Origin: Schmidtea polychroa | Taxonomy: Eukaryota | DNA: 64,000 nucleotides | Assembly: GCA_044892525.1 (NCBI GenBank) | Contig: CM097885.1 | Coordinates: 15,316,001 to 15,380,000 of the forward strand | Direction: 5' to 3' | In this document: one piece after another, positions 53,604-64,000 of the stretch | How the letters are laid out: each line of letters begins with the position of its first letter | Numbering within the stretch: position 1 is the first letter of the stretch | Program-made: the position numbers and the translations under genes | The notes under the pieces: model-generated | Databases searched by the model: none | What the model was told of the DNA's origin: nothing | The model's input: only the letters and a program-made list of their open reading frames with translations

Positions 53604-55039
53604 TGTACAGGACCGGTGAATATAAATAAAATTGTAGATAGTTGAGGTTGAATTCTTGTATGTTGAATGATGAAGATGAGTGATGAGATGTGCATTGCGT
53701 TTTTGGGAAAACAATAGAAGTAGGGGACCAGTGAAATCGGACACAGATCTTCTATCGATAGTCCGTGGACCCAAAGAGTACTCGACAATCATAGTGCAAG
53801 TAGTGCGCTCACTTTTTGCGAGTACTAACCCAGTTGACACATTACCAACGGTGATTGCTCATCGGGTGTCAATTGGCAAAATCAAGCTTGTATCCTGGGT
53901 TACGCTGGAAACAGCACGAAAGGGTGAGATGTCTGACCACCTGTAACCCACCAGTTGCAATATGACACGATGCGGCATGCTTTTTAAAAAATTAAGTGAC
54001 ATGCCCTATAATTAAATTATATTTCAAAATTATCTTAATTCTATCTTTGAATGCTTAAGAGAATGAGATGTGGAAAATTTTGTTATGATTATGGATAACG
54101 TGGCATTTTACAGATGCACGCCATAAGAACATTATTAGAAGCTAATGGGCATCAAGTGATTTATTTAACACCATATTCCCTTCATTAAATCCCTTTGAAG
54201 AATCATTATCTACATGGAAAAATGTTGTGAGAAGAGCTAATTGTGCTAATGTTGAAGATCTCATGGTGGCTTTTGAGGATGGACGGAACAGTATAACTGT
54301 AGAAGATTGTGAAGGTTATTACAGGCACATAAAACGTGAATTACCAGTTGTAATGGAAAATCTGCCTTTTAATTGAGTGTTAAAATTATTTATTAATTTT
54401 TTTATTTTTTCCCAAATAAAACATTTAATGCTTGTATTTTTTTATTACGAAATTGACTTTCTAAAAATCGAAATTGATCTTTTAAAAATCTATTTATATG
54501 GGTAAGTTAAATAAATGTACGAAATTGAGTTTTAAAATTACGAAATTGACCCGAAAAACCTGTATTAAAAAGAGAGCTTGAAGACTATAAATCAGTTTTT
54601 TGATACTAACAAATAATTCATTTTTTCATTCATGTCTCTCCATAATTTGTACAGCTCTTGTTTTATCACTGATTGTTCAACTCTCGGGATAATTTGTCAT
54701 TTTTTCCATTTCTGCTTCTAGCCTTTTCCATACTTTTTTCTATTTCCCACGTTATCTCTGAAAGTTCGGAGATGCCGATTTTTCTTTCGTGTTTTGTTTT
54801 TGTTATCCAATTTTGTAATTCCTTTTTGCTCTTTTTCACTTATTAATTTTAATTGATCTTTCTCCGCTTTATTGTTGAATTTCATTTGTTTTGTTATATC
54901 TTCTTCATTTACAAATTTCTTGTTTTTTCTGTTTTCATTTCCAAGTTTCAGAATGTTATCACAATCATCCTATCGGTTTTCCTCCAAGTTATTCTAATTA
55001 TTTATAATATTATTTATTATTTAGGTATCCTCAACAATT

Positions 55040-56345
55040 GCAATATCTAGGCCACTTGTCACTTCGATTCCCAATGCATCAAAAGTCTTTGAGATTATCA
55101 ATTCACGAATGTGATGCCTGTATAGTTGAGGAGTTAGATCTTTTTGAAGCTTCTACTGAAGTAAAATACATGCTTTATTTCTTTGGCCGTGTTATTCGCA
55201 GAAGTGTCAAACGACATAAAATAAATACGATCACCCAGGTGCCATTTTTGAATCAACTGGTAAACTGCTTCAATTTGGTATTCTGTGGAACTTCATAGTA
55301 TTTGCGGCACTCCTAAACCTTTTATGACTCCGTTTCCAGAAACAAGAACTGCAAAAGGATCAACATTCATTTCATGTATAATCAAAGATGCCAACATTTC
55401 CCCATCTCAATGTACAATTAAAGGTCCATCTGGATTAAATGACTGTTTAATTCATTTGTAATTGCCTACTGATGTTTACGTCGTGATTGCCTAATAGACT
55501 CTTTATTTAATACATATTTTTTTAGGATTTTTACCAATTCCTTTGATAGCAGCAGCAAGGATGTAAGTTGCAGATCGATCGCTCACTTTTGTTCTATCAA
55601 CAGCTGATGATAGTGTTGGACTAAGTAAATACATTGGTATATACACACTTTTGGGAAGGAACTTGCAGAAAAGTTAGGTGAATTATCTTCAGAACATTCT
55701 GGCGATGCTTCCCCGCTTTCAAAGGAGCTCAACTTTACTTTCGCTGACAATTTCAGTCGTTTTCTTCTCCTTCGTTTCTCACAATTTCTCGTATCTCCTA
55801 TTCAGCACGTCTTTTCTCAACTCTAAATACCTTCATTTCAAGTCCGCCCATAGTCCCTCTACGTCCTTTCTCTCTTTGAGCAGTCAAAAAGTCGCTTTAT
55901 TCTTGTAGTTTCATCATTTCAAAAGCATTTGCATGTGCTACATCAAACAAATCTTTCAACTTACCAGTGAATTTATGTTCGTTTCTAGTTTGTATTTGCG
56001 TTCTTTTACCACTCTTAGATTTTGTCACATCAAATAAAAGCCTTTAATTGTTTGAATTATATGACAGTCTTTCCTCGTTGGTATTCTTGCCTTATTCAAA
56101 TGTTTGTGATTTCACATGCAGTGATTCGCGCACTTTCTTGAAGCGTTTTCTTCTCCGTGCCTTATAAGCAGTAAAAACAACTTTAAATCTAGTAAAGTAA
56201 CAACATTCAACAGAAGATTATATAAATAAGTTTTTATAAGAATACCATATTTGACGATATGAAGGAAGTTTTGATCCAGTAATATTCTCCGTGATAGATC
56301 CAACTAACCAAACTCCTATTGTTTGCCTACCAGCAGCCATATTTA
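55040..56345 (-). pseudogene. Degraded hAT(m)-like transposase
   Basis: LFDVAHANA..DFLTAQREKGRRG, AVDRTKVSDRSATYILAAA, RHHIREL; many stops and frameshifts. Confidence 0.6.
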
Positions 56346-56508
56346 ATATGACTAAAAAGTGAAAAATAATAATTATGAAGTATGGTACAAAGACGAAATT
56401 GGTATTAAATCATAATTACTTTTAATTTAAAGAAACAAATTACAATCAAATTCATTTACTTTTAATAGTTTAATTGTTCTAAACATATCATTTTACAGTT
56501 TAAAGATA

Positions 56509-57365
56509 TGTTGTGCAAAAACTGATTGTAGTCCTAGGTATTATCAATTTGACGAAATACGGCGGAACACAACACACAAAATAGCAGTAAGTTGAGTAAA
56601 ATTAGAAACACGTCAAAACACCAAATAATCATAAATAATAGAATTTACATAATATCAAAATAATAAACACAAGTTTAAAGGAAAATCAAACAAAAGCAAA
56701 AAGTATCACATGAATTTAGTTCAAATACAACATATATACACAACAGCAGTACGCAAATTTGAATTAAATGACGATAAGAAAGGAGACGATCGGAAATTAA
56801 AAAGATTTCAACGAATAACATTAAAAAATAACTGGGAGATAACAATTATTGCCGTAAAACTGAAAAATTCAATAAAAATAGCGAAACCCATCATGGACAC
56901 CAAGTAATGTAACAAAGTTAACAAAAAATATCAACATTCAATAATTGAATTAACAAAAAGCAAAGAGAAATAACATAGGAAATAAAAGAAAATAAGATTT
57001 GGCACAAAAATCGACGAAAATAACAGAAAATAGTCTAAAACGCCCATATTCATCATGGCGGCAAATTTAAGTAAAAATAAAAAATATATAAAAATCAGAA
57101 AATAAAATTAATTATAAATTACAAGAAATTGCCATTAAAATTGATAAAAATAGAAATAAGTAGAATAAATATAATTCAAATTTGTTTTACTGAATCAATG
57201 CACGCACAGATACCCGCATAATAAAATTATAGAATATATATCGATGCATTTCAATCCATTTAATCCAATCGAAATATTCTGAAAACCACGAGCCGAATAA
57301 TTTTTTTTTTGAATTATTGTTTATGTAATTTGAATAGTGAGCGGATTTTGGTTTTGTTGTTAACA
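56509..57365 (+). mobile_element. Solo-LTR-like copy
   Basis: TGTTGTGCAAAAACTGA...TAACA; internal similarity to 33786-34590 (CATCATGG.GG.AAA, GCCATTAAAA); no clear TSD. Confidence 0.55.
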
Positions 57366-57958
57366 TATTTATGCTATATAATGGTTAATAGATTTGTTAG
57401 AGGGTTTCAGCATTTTTATCTTTCTCTAAAGCGCAATTACTCTAACTCTAGGTGACCAAGATTATTAAAATTCCTAAAGCCAACAAATTAATTAACTAAA
57501 ATTACAATGGGATCCTGCTCAAAAATTCAATATGATTAAATAACCCTTGCATTGGATAGTTAAATGGATATAATATATTTGGTAGAATGGGATTCGCGTA
57601 TCTTAATCTGGAAGCCGTTTAAGCAAATAAAATATAAAAATTAGTAAAAATTATATTTCAAAAATTTATAAAAAATAAAAAATCTTTATTAATAATTCTA
57701 AAAAATATAAAAAAATTATATTAAAATAAATAATTTTAAAACTATTTTTAATAAAAAATATTAAAAAAATGAACTGTTCAAAATGAGGTCATCAAATCTT
57801 TCCAGAGAACGAAATTATTACACTAGAATGCTTTTATTGAGTCTTCTACAGTTGTATCAACTTGATGGAGTTATTGAAATTTAGTCAGATATTTATCCGA
57901 AAAGTAATAATTGACCAAATTATTTATGTAATAAGATTTTTTAAAAAGCCATATACAT

Positions 57959-60809
57959 TAGGGTGGAGTGAAAATTTTTTTTTCTTAATATCTTGTTTGG
58001 ATAGCTATAAAAACATGGTAACACATGCAATTAGTAATGTGGCAAACAATTAGACAATTTAAAGCATATCTTGAGGTTCCACAATTGACCTAAAGTATAG
58101 GCATATTTCGATAAAAAAGCAATAATCTTTAAAAAAACATTTTTTTATAAGTAACATATTTATGTTATGGTTTAACTTTTTAACAGTCTGTACATAACAT
58201 TACAAGTAAAAAGAACCATATCTGTGAAGGGAAACCACATGCAAACTGTCTAACATGTTTTTATAACTACAAATGATGTTGGGCTTTGGTGTCCAGTTTT
58301 GGCATTTTCAATCTCGATTCCAAGCGTGCTCTAATGAATCCGTCGCGTTTTTCTGGACCACACACCATTTCGGATGCTTCTGTCACTAGCTTGATATGTC
58401 TCCCTACTGCCTTGGTGTGACAAGGATAGCGGGCGAAATCCAGTCTTGGCGTTTCTTCTTCCCGGATCATGGTTAACAAAGTATCTTCGTCAATGTCCAC
58501 TACGATTGGAGGCTCTGTGATCGGAGTTTTCTGCCAATCGATCATGTCTATGTAGCTAGTAGCCTCAAAGTTGATTACTGGCACGCAGAAAGATCTAACT
58601 GAAGTCGTACGTTTCTGCTTTCTGGATTTCAGTATGCGTCGCAGAGCTAACTCGCGTATATCTGATCTTTCATCGGTAAGCATCGCAAGCAACAGATTTT
58701 CTGGATGACTAAAGAATGCGTTGCGTTGAATTACCGGGTCAATAACTTTCTTCAGCTCGTCTGTGAGGTAGCGTGATTTCAGTATCGTACTGTGGACATG
58801 TCGAGCGCCGTCTTTACACGAAGGGGTATTCTTTATTTCAAACCATGCAGGTGCATAAACTGTTACGATGAAGGTAGCAAGCGTCTTTAGTTCATCCGAC
58901 GGGCTTCTTGTGGCAACATACAGACGTAGTATGCGATTAGCCGTGGTTAACCATCTCGAATGGTTGATAAGACCAGGATTGCGAAGTGAATGGTCGACAG
59001 GACAAATACCAACACTTACAGCAGTACACAAATCGAACAGGTATTTCTGATCTGTACTTAAATCGTCGGAATTTGCACTTGACGGTAGAACACAGTTTAT
59101 CGGCATGTAGTCAACGATGGGAAGCTTCTCACAATTCAACAATGACTTTCCAATGGGACCAGAAAATCCTTTTGGACCATTGGTAGGTCCATCGAGATAC
59201 TGAAACAAATGTCTTAACGGTAATTCGTTTGCATGCAACTGACATACGAACCACTGTAGCGGTCTGTGTAACGTCACTTCAAGTAATCGAATGATGCCTC
59301 CTCGAATGCCCGTATTAGTGGCTGTCCCATCACAACCTATTGCTTTTATGCCACTCGTGTCAACATTTCTTTTATTCAAATATGCAATCAACTCAGCCGT
59401 GATAACTTTGCTTGACCCTGCAGTTGGTGTAATGTGACCGAAATATGTAGCTCCTGGTTCGGCTATAATCGATATATGTTCTTCAGTTATTATTTTCCGA
59501 TGAAATTTACCATCGCATTCTTTAATTTGGGTCATTGTATTGTCTTTTCTGCCGTCAAAATATAACCCAGTGATTGTGTTACTGACTTCGGCACATAATG
59601 CGCCACGCTTATTACAACGTTCTCGACGCACTTTACTTCTGTCAATCACTTTAGAAACATCATGTTCGTGGATTATTCCAACATCTTGAAGAACAGCACT
59701 GGCGATTCCTGCTGCCGCCCTGTCGGATACGCCATGTCGATCACACGCTAAAGCCAACGACGGTAGCTTAACTCTCATCTGCTTGTCATTCAATTTTCGC
59801 TGTTGTTTAATTTGGCTTATACAATCGTCATCAGAGTCATCATCGCCGGTATCCATTTCCTCTTCCATTCCAGAAATCTCGTCACAGACATCCGACTGTT
59901 TATCACCGATGTCATCAATGGCAGATTTGGTACACATCTGCCTCTGTGTCGACTCTTTACGGATATACCGCTTTTGTAATATACTGGATTCAAACTCATC
60001 AACTCCAGCTATGATCATACAGCGTGAACCCCGCTGATCTTCTAGAAAGTCACGTTCAATTGTGGGTATCTTTCTTGACTTCTCACAGTGACACTGAGAC
60101 ATACAAGAGCACTTGCAGGAGAAAATGTCAAAGAGTTTAATCGATTCATCTTTAAACTGCGATATTTTCTCTCTGTATGGTTCTGAGTCCTTCCTAGATT
60201 TATACGGCTTCAGCAATTTCATGAACGTCTTGTGGTACACGTTCAACATTTCATGAACACGGCGGTGGCTTACATGTGGTATGGAAGCTTTGTCCCATAT
60301 TTGTTCTACTTTCATTGACACTGTTTCTGCCACGTTGCGATGTGAAGGATCTTTATTGTTCAATTCGCATTTCAGTCTCTGCTTTGTCAGGTTGTAGAAT
60401 TTCATAACATCTGCATAAGTCGGTAGTTGATTGTCGGGCATCTCGGATGGACCACCAAAGATGACACAAGACACTTTCTTTCTGGTTACAGCCATTGCAA
60501 CTCTAAAAAGGAAAACCAGAGGCATTTAAAATCCATAGTGTATGGGTGGCAAATATTTTGCTATTAAAAGTAATGAAAATATTATTTAAATGCCATCAAT
60601 GACTTCAATAATATGTCAATAATAGCAAATACATTATCGTTTTCTTATCAATGGTTACATTTTAAAGTTGGTTGTGGAACCTCAAGACATTATTTAAATT
60701 ATTGTTTTTCTTTACAGAGTACTTCATTGGACCTCATAGCAAGTTTTTATAACTATCCAAAGTCTACTAAGTCAAAAAATTTTTTTTCGGTCATTTTCAC
60801 TCCACCCTA
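57959..60809 (-). mobile_element. Full-length hATm-type DNA transposon
   Basis: 17-bp TIR TAGGGTGGAGTGAAAAT; perfect 8-bp TSD ATATACAT (57951-57958 and 60810-60817). Confidence 0.92.
58267..60525 (-). CDS. hAT-superfamily (hATm-like) transposase, uninterrupted ORF; likely start at 60495
   Basis: YFDGRKD, GCDGTATNTG, CQLHANELPLRH (CxxH), SRWLTTANR, PCHTKAVGRHIKLVTEAS. Confidence 0.9.
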   Translation of the reverse strand: MPLVFLFRVAMAVTRKKVSCVIFGGPSEMPDNQLPTYADVMKFYNLTKQRLKCELNNKDPSHRNVAETVSMKVEQIWDKASIPHVSHRRVHEMLNVYHKTFMKLLKPYKSRKDSEPYREKISQFKDESIKLFDIFSCKCSCMSQCHCEKSRKIPTIERDFLEDQRGSRCMIIAGVDEFESSILQKRYIRKESTQRQMCTKSAIDDIGDKQSDVCDEISGMEEEMDTGDDDSDDDCISQIKQQRKLNDKQMRVKLPSLALACDRHGVSDRAAAGIASAVLQDVGIIHEHDVSKVIDRSKVRRERCNKRGALCAEVSNTITGLYFDGRKDNTMTQIKECDGKFHRKIITEEHISIIAEPGATYFGHITPTAGSSKVITAELIAYLNKRNVDTSGIKAIGCDGTATNTGIRGGIIRLLEVTLHRPLQWFVCQLHANELPLRHLFQYLDGPTNGPKGFSGPIGKSLLNCEKLPIVDYMPINCVLPSSANSDDLSTDQKYLFDLCTAVSVGICPVDHSLRNPGLINHSRWLTTANRILRLYVATRSPSDELKTLATFIVTVYAPAWFEIKNTPSCKDGARHVHSTILKSRYLTDELKKVIDPVIQRNAFFSHPENLLLAMLTDERSDIRELALRRILKSRKQKRTTSVRSFCVPVINFEATSYIDMIDWQKTPITEPPIVVDIDEDTLLTMIREEETPRLDFARYPCHTKAVGRHIKLVTEASEMVCGPEKRDGFIRARLESRLKMPKLDTKAQHHL

Positions 60810-60945
60810 ATATACATGGCTCTAAATGCAGATCTTTGTGTAATATAAATATTATCCATAAACGTCCGCATTTAGGTTTTTCTTCATAACTATTAAGTTG
60901 TATGTTATTTGTTAGTTTCGTAGTTTTGTTATGTAATAAGAAAAT

Positions 60946-61732
60946 TGTTGTGCCCGAAAGAGTCTCCGTTAAAACTTGTAGCGGGACAATCGGGGTGCGT
61001 GCTGTGTACTAATAAAGTCACTACCAATAAAATAAAAATAATAATGAACAATAATAATTATAGTATCACAACTTTTATTAAACAAAACAAAAATTAATAC
61101 TACTTGGATCAACTAGTTATAGTAGGTACTAGGTAAAAGAATTTTCGGTTTATATTGAAACCTATATTTTCTATATTAGGACTTCGATCTTTCGAACCTT
61201 CTTAATTAGAGAAATCAGAAATTTTATATTAGAACCTGAATCTCTCGAATCTTCTTAATTTGAGGGGAAATCTGGTTTTTCTATATTATAATAAGAATCT
61301 TTTGAATCTTCTTAATTGGAGTTGAAATCTGAATTTATATATTAGGATCAGAATCTTCTGTATCTTCCTAAATAGAGTTGGGATCCGAATTTTCTATATA
61401 AAAATCAGAATCTTTTGTATCTTCCTAATTAGAGTTGGGATCCGAATTTTCTATATTAAAATGAGAATCTTTTGTATCTTCTTAGAGCGGAAATCCGAGA
61501 TTATCAAATTTTTTATTTAGCTTAATTTCTTAATTCAATTTCTTAATTCAATTACTTTCGATTTTTTTTTAATTTTTCAATTTACTATAGCCATAATTTA
61601 CTATAGTAAATTATCGCTATATAGTTTTTTTTTGGAAATCTGGATTTCCAAGATGGTGGCATTTTATATTTTAGTATTCACAATTCCTAATTGTGAACAC
61701 TAAAATACTAACAAAAATAACTGTACATTACA
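60946..61732 (-). mobile_element. Solo-LTR-like repeat with an internal ~50-bp tandem array (61140-61500)
   Basis: TG...CA ends; related to 9850-10356; GAATCTTTTGTATCTTCCTAA..AGAGTTGGGATCCGAATTTTCTATAT units. Confidence 0.55.
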
Positions 61733-61788
61733 ATAACCTTCAGCTATATCGTTATGGCTGAAAATGTCATACTTACCATACTTATATC

Positions 61789-62128
61789 CAGTGGTGAGCT
61801 GTGAAAAAAACAACAACGGGCTCGCAAAAAAAATTTAGGTGTTTTTCGTCCAGAAAAAAAATGCTTTTTTCCGAATTTGCTTTTTTAGTAAAATATAAAA
61901 GCGTTCAGAAATTTTTTTTTGATATACAAATGCGGTAAAATTGTTTTAAAAATGTTTACTACCACAAACATCTTGTTTTACATAAAAAAGACGTTTGTGA
62001 AAATTGTAAATAAATAAATGTAAACAGCAAAATCACAGTTGAAAGAACAACAAGGGGCTCGCAAAACTTTTAAAAAGTTAACAAGGGGCTCTGCCGAGCC
62101 CCCGCGGGACATGCATAGCTCACCACTG
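61789..62128. mobile_element. hAT-type MITE
   Basis: TIR CAGTGGTGAGCT; perfect 8-bp TSD CTTATATC. Confidence 0.88.
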
Positions 62129-63137
62129 CTTATATCCCAATTTGGCGACATAACTCTTTTTCGATCATTACTATTATGATCATAAAGATTTATCGTAGTT
62201 GGTTGAGATGGATCAAAAAGATAGCTACATGCCACTAGATGCAGATCTTTGTATAAAATAAATATTATCTCTCAACTTCCACTTTTACGTTTTTTGATAT
62301 CTGATATTTTTCGATTTTTGATATCTGACTCTTGCACCTTGATCACCAAATTTTCTAGCTTCACATCGTCCTAGGTCAAGGACGAGAAGACATCTATCAT
62401 ATCGAATGAAGCTTTCTTTCAACTATATTTTAGATTGTTCATCAACAAGTATTTGATAACATACAACAACAGATTAAACTAATGCTTGCCTGAATGCATA
62501 AATTTGTGAGTTCTTCCCAACACCATGAACTCGGATTTTTATATCCAATTGCTTTACTCTTTCGTCATCACGAATTAACAAAAATTCTGGAGTTTAGTTT
62601 TTAAAGGAGTTGGTTGGACTACAACTATATCGTGTCAGCTAACTATCGTATAAGGATGTTGACAAGAATACTTATATCACTAGTTGGTGATATAACTCTA
62701 CCTCGATCATTACTACTATCATCATTAGCATTAATCGTGGTGGGCTGAGAATGATTAGGCGGCATAATCACAGATGAATTAATAGGATAATATGACCATT
62801 GGATAGTTTAATTGATAAACAACATTTGGTAGAATGGGATCCACGTATCCTTATCTGGGACAGTTTGATCATTTCCTTCATGAATAGCTTCATTTGTATC
62901 AATTTTTAAGGCCCTATGATATACTATGATCATAAACATTTATTGTAGTTGGTTGAGATGAATTAATAAGATAGCTACATGCCCCTAGATGCAGATCTTT
63001 GTGGAAAATTTTTATTAAAATTTTTAAAATTTGTATTAATTTCTAGCGTCCTAATATAACATTAGAGTAATAAATATATTGAACTTTCTGATAATTAATC
63101 GGAGAATTTCTGAAAGTTTTTGCTTTTTAATATCGTT

Positions 63138-64000
63138 AGTAGGTAGATGTGAGCCCCATGAATCAGTATGAGTTATCGCGCATATATACCCCCCCCTCCC
63201 CCCCTGCTGATAAGTTATTGCGCGTTTGATCGATGAGTTATCGCGCATATATTGATTTTTAAGTGCAAAGTGCAAAATGTGCAAAATGTGCAAAATGTGT
63301 AAAATTTATTCAGGTGTGCTTTTCTTACATTAAAGATTTCACCCAGACATTGTCCACGAAAAAAGATTTGTTATTTGTCGACACAGATTAATTTATATGA
63401 AATCAACAAAAAGATTTCTTTTCAATATATATGTCACGTTTTTAAGGAATAATTTTTGGAACATTGGGAACCAAGTATATTTAGTCGAGACATCCTTAAC
63501 AAAAAAGTTGCGTCTTGATTCAACTAAGAAGATTCTTTAATAAAGATCTCGAAAAATTTCTTGGTTCTCCTAGGAATTCAGAAAGTGTAATCAATCAATA
63601 TTTTTGGGCTATCTTGAGAACGAGACATATTTAGTCGAGACATCCTTAACAAAAAAGTTGCGTCTTGATTCAACTAAAAAGATTCCGAAATAAAATCCTC
63701 GAAAAGTTTCTTGGTTCTCCCAGGAATTAAGAAAAGGTAAAATCAATCGATAATTCTCAAAAATTCGGCTATGTCCGAATGTATTATGAATTATCACGGA
63801 TTTTGATTGATGAGTTATTGCGCGTTTGATCGATGAGCTATCGCGCATATATACCCCCCACCCCCCTACTGATGAGTTATTGCGCATTTGATCGATGAGT
63901 TATTGCGCATATATTGATTTTTAAGTGCAAAGTGCAAAATGTGCAAAATGTGCAAAATTTAGTCAGATGTGCTTTTCTTACATTAAAGATTTCACCCAGA
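63138..64000. repeat. Complex duplicated repeat block running off the window
   Basis: The GAGTTATYGCGCRT and GTGCAAAAT block occurs at ~63168-63350 and ~63810-64000; a ~150-bp duplication occurs at ~63477 and ~63627. Confidence 0.8.

Larger units (their letters stand above)
33786..53960. mobile_element. LTR-retroelement-like insertion (LTR ~33786-34590) hosting the Polinton
   Basis: TG start shared with two other LTR-like copies; it interrupts the transposase; no pol recognised and no second LTR seen. Confidence 0.5.
32976..54562 (+). mobile_element. IS630/Tc1-like transposon split by ~20 kb of nested insertions (halves 32976-33785 and ~53961-54562)
   Basis: TA-flanked TIRs CAG..TTTTT.GGGTCAATTT.GTAATTTTAAA; the transposase reads IRSRNISVC | MTRCGML...IMDNVAF...YLTPYS..LNPFEE across the gap. 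Confidence 0.85.

Overview
This is an AT-rich eukaryotic (animal) genomic window; an invertebrate such as a flatworm is plausible but cannot be proven from the sequence. Bases 1-21783 (+) carry the last nine exons of a TMEM120 (TACAN-family) gene, whose large introns are filled with transposon remnants (MULE, hAT, piggyBac-type MITE, Helitron) and satellites. The rest is a stack of nested mobile elements. The centrepiece is a 14.6 kb Polinton/Maverick (adintovirus-like) element at 37463-52054 with AGTAGT...ACTACT termini, ~0.93 kb TIRs and a 6-bp TSD (GACACA). It encodes pPolB, major and minor capsid proteins, a cysteine protease, a packaging ATPase, a pX-like protein, a fibre-like protein and a PLA2-like/integrase chimera. 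It sits inside an LTR-like insertion that itself splits an IS630/Tc1-like element. The most novel-looking signal is four tRNA-like RNA polymerase III units (A box, B box at tRNA spacing, oligo-T) inside the Polinton, reminiscent of adenovirus VA RNA genes. Also present are a 1.9 kb mini element with Polinton-type ends, a Tc1, an internally deleted piggyBac and a full-length hATm-type element whose catalytic Glu is mutated. All family assignments come from motif recognition by eye; no database searches were run.
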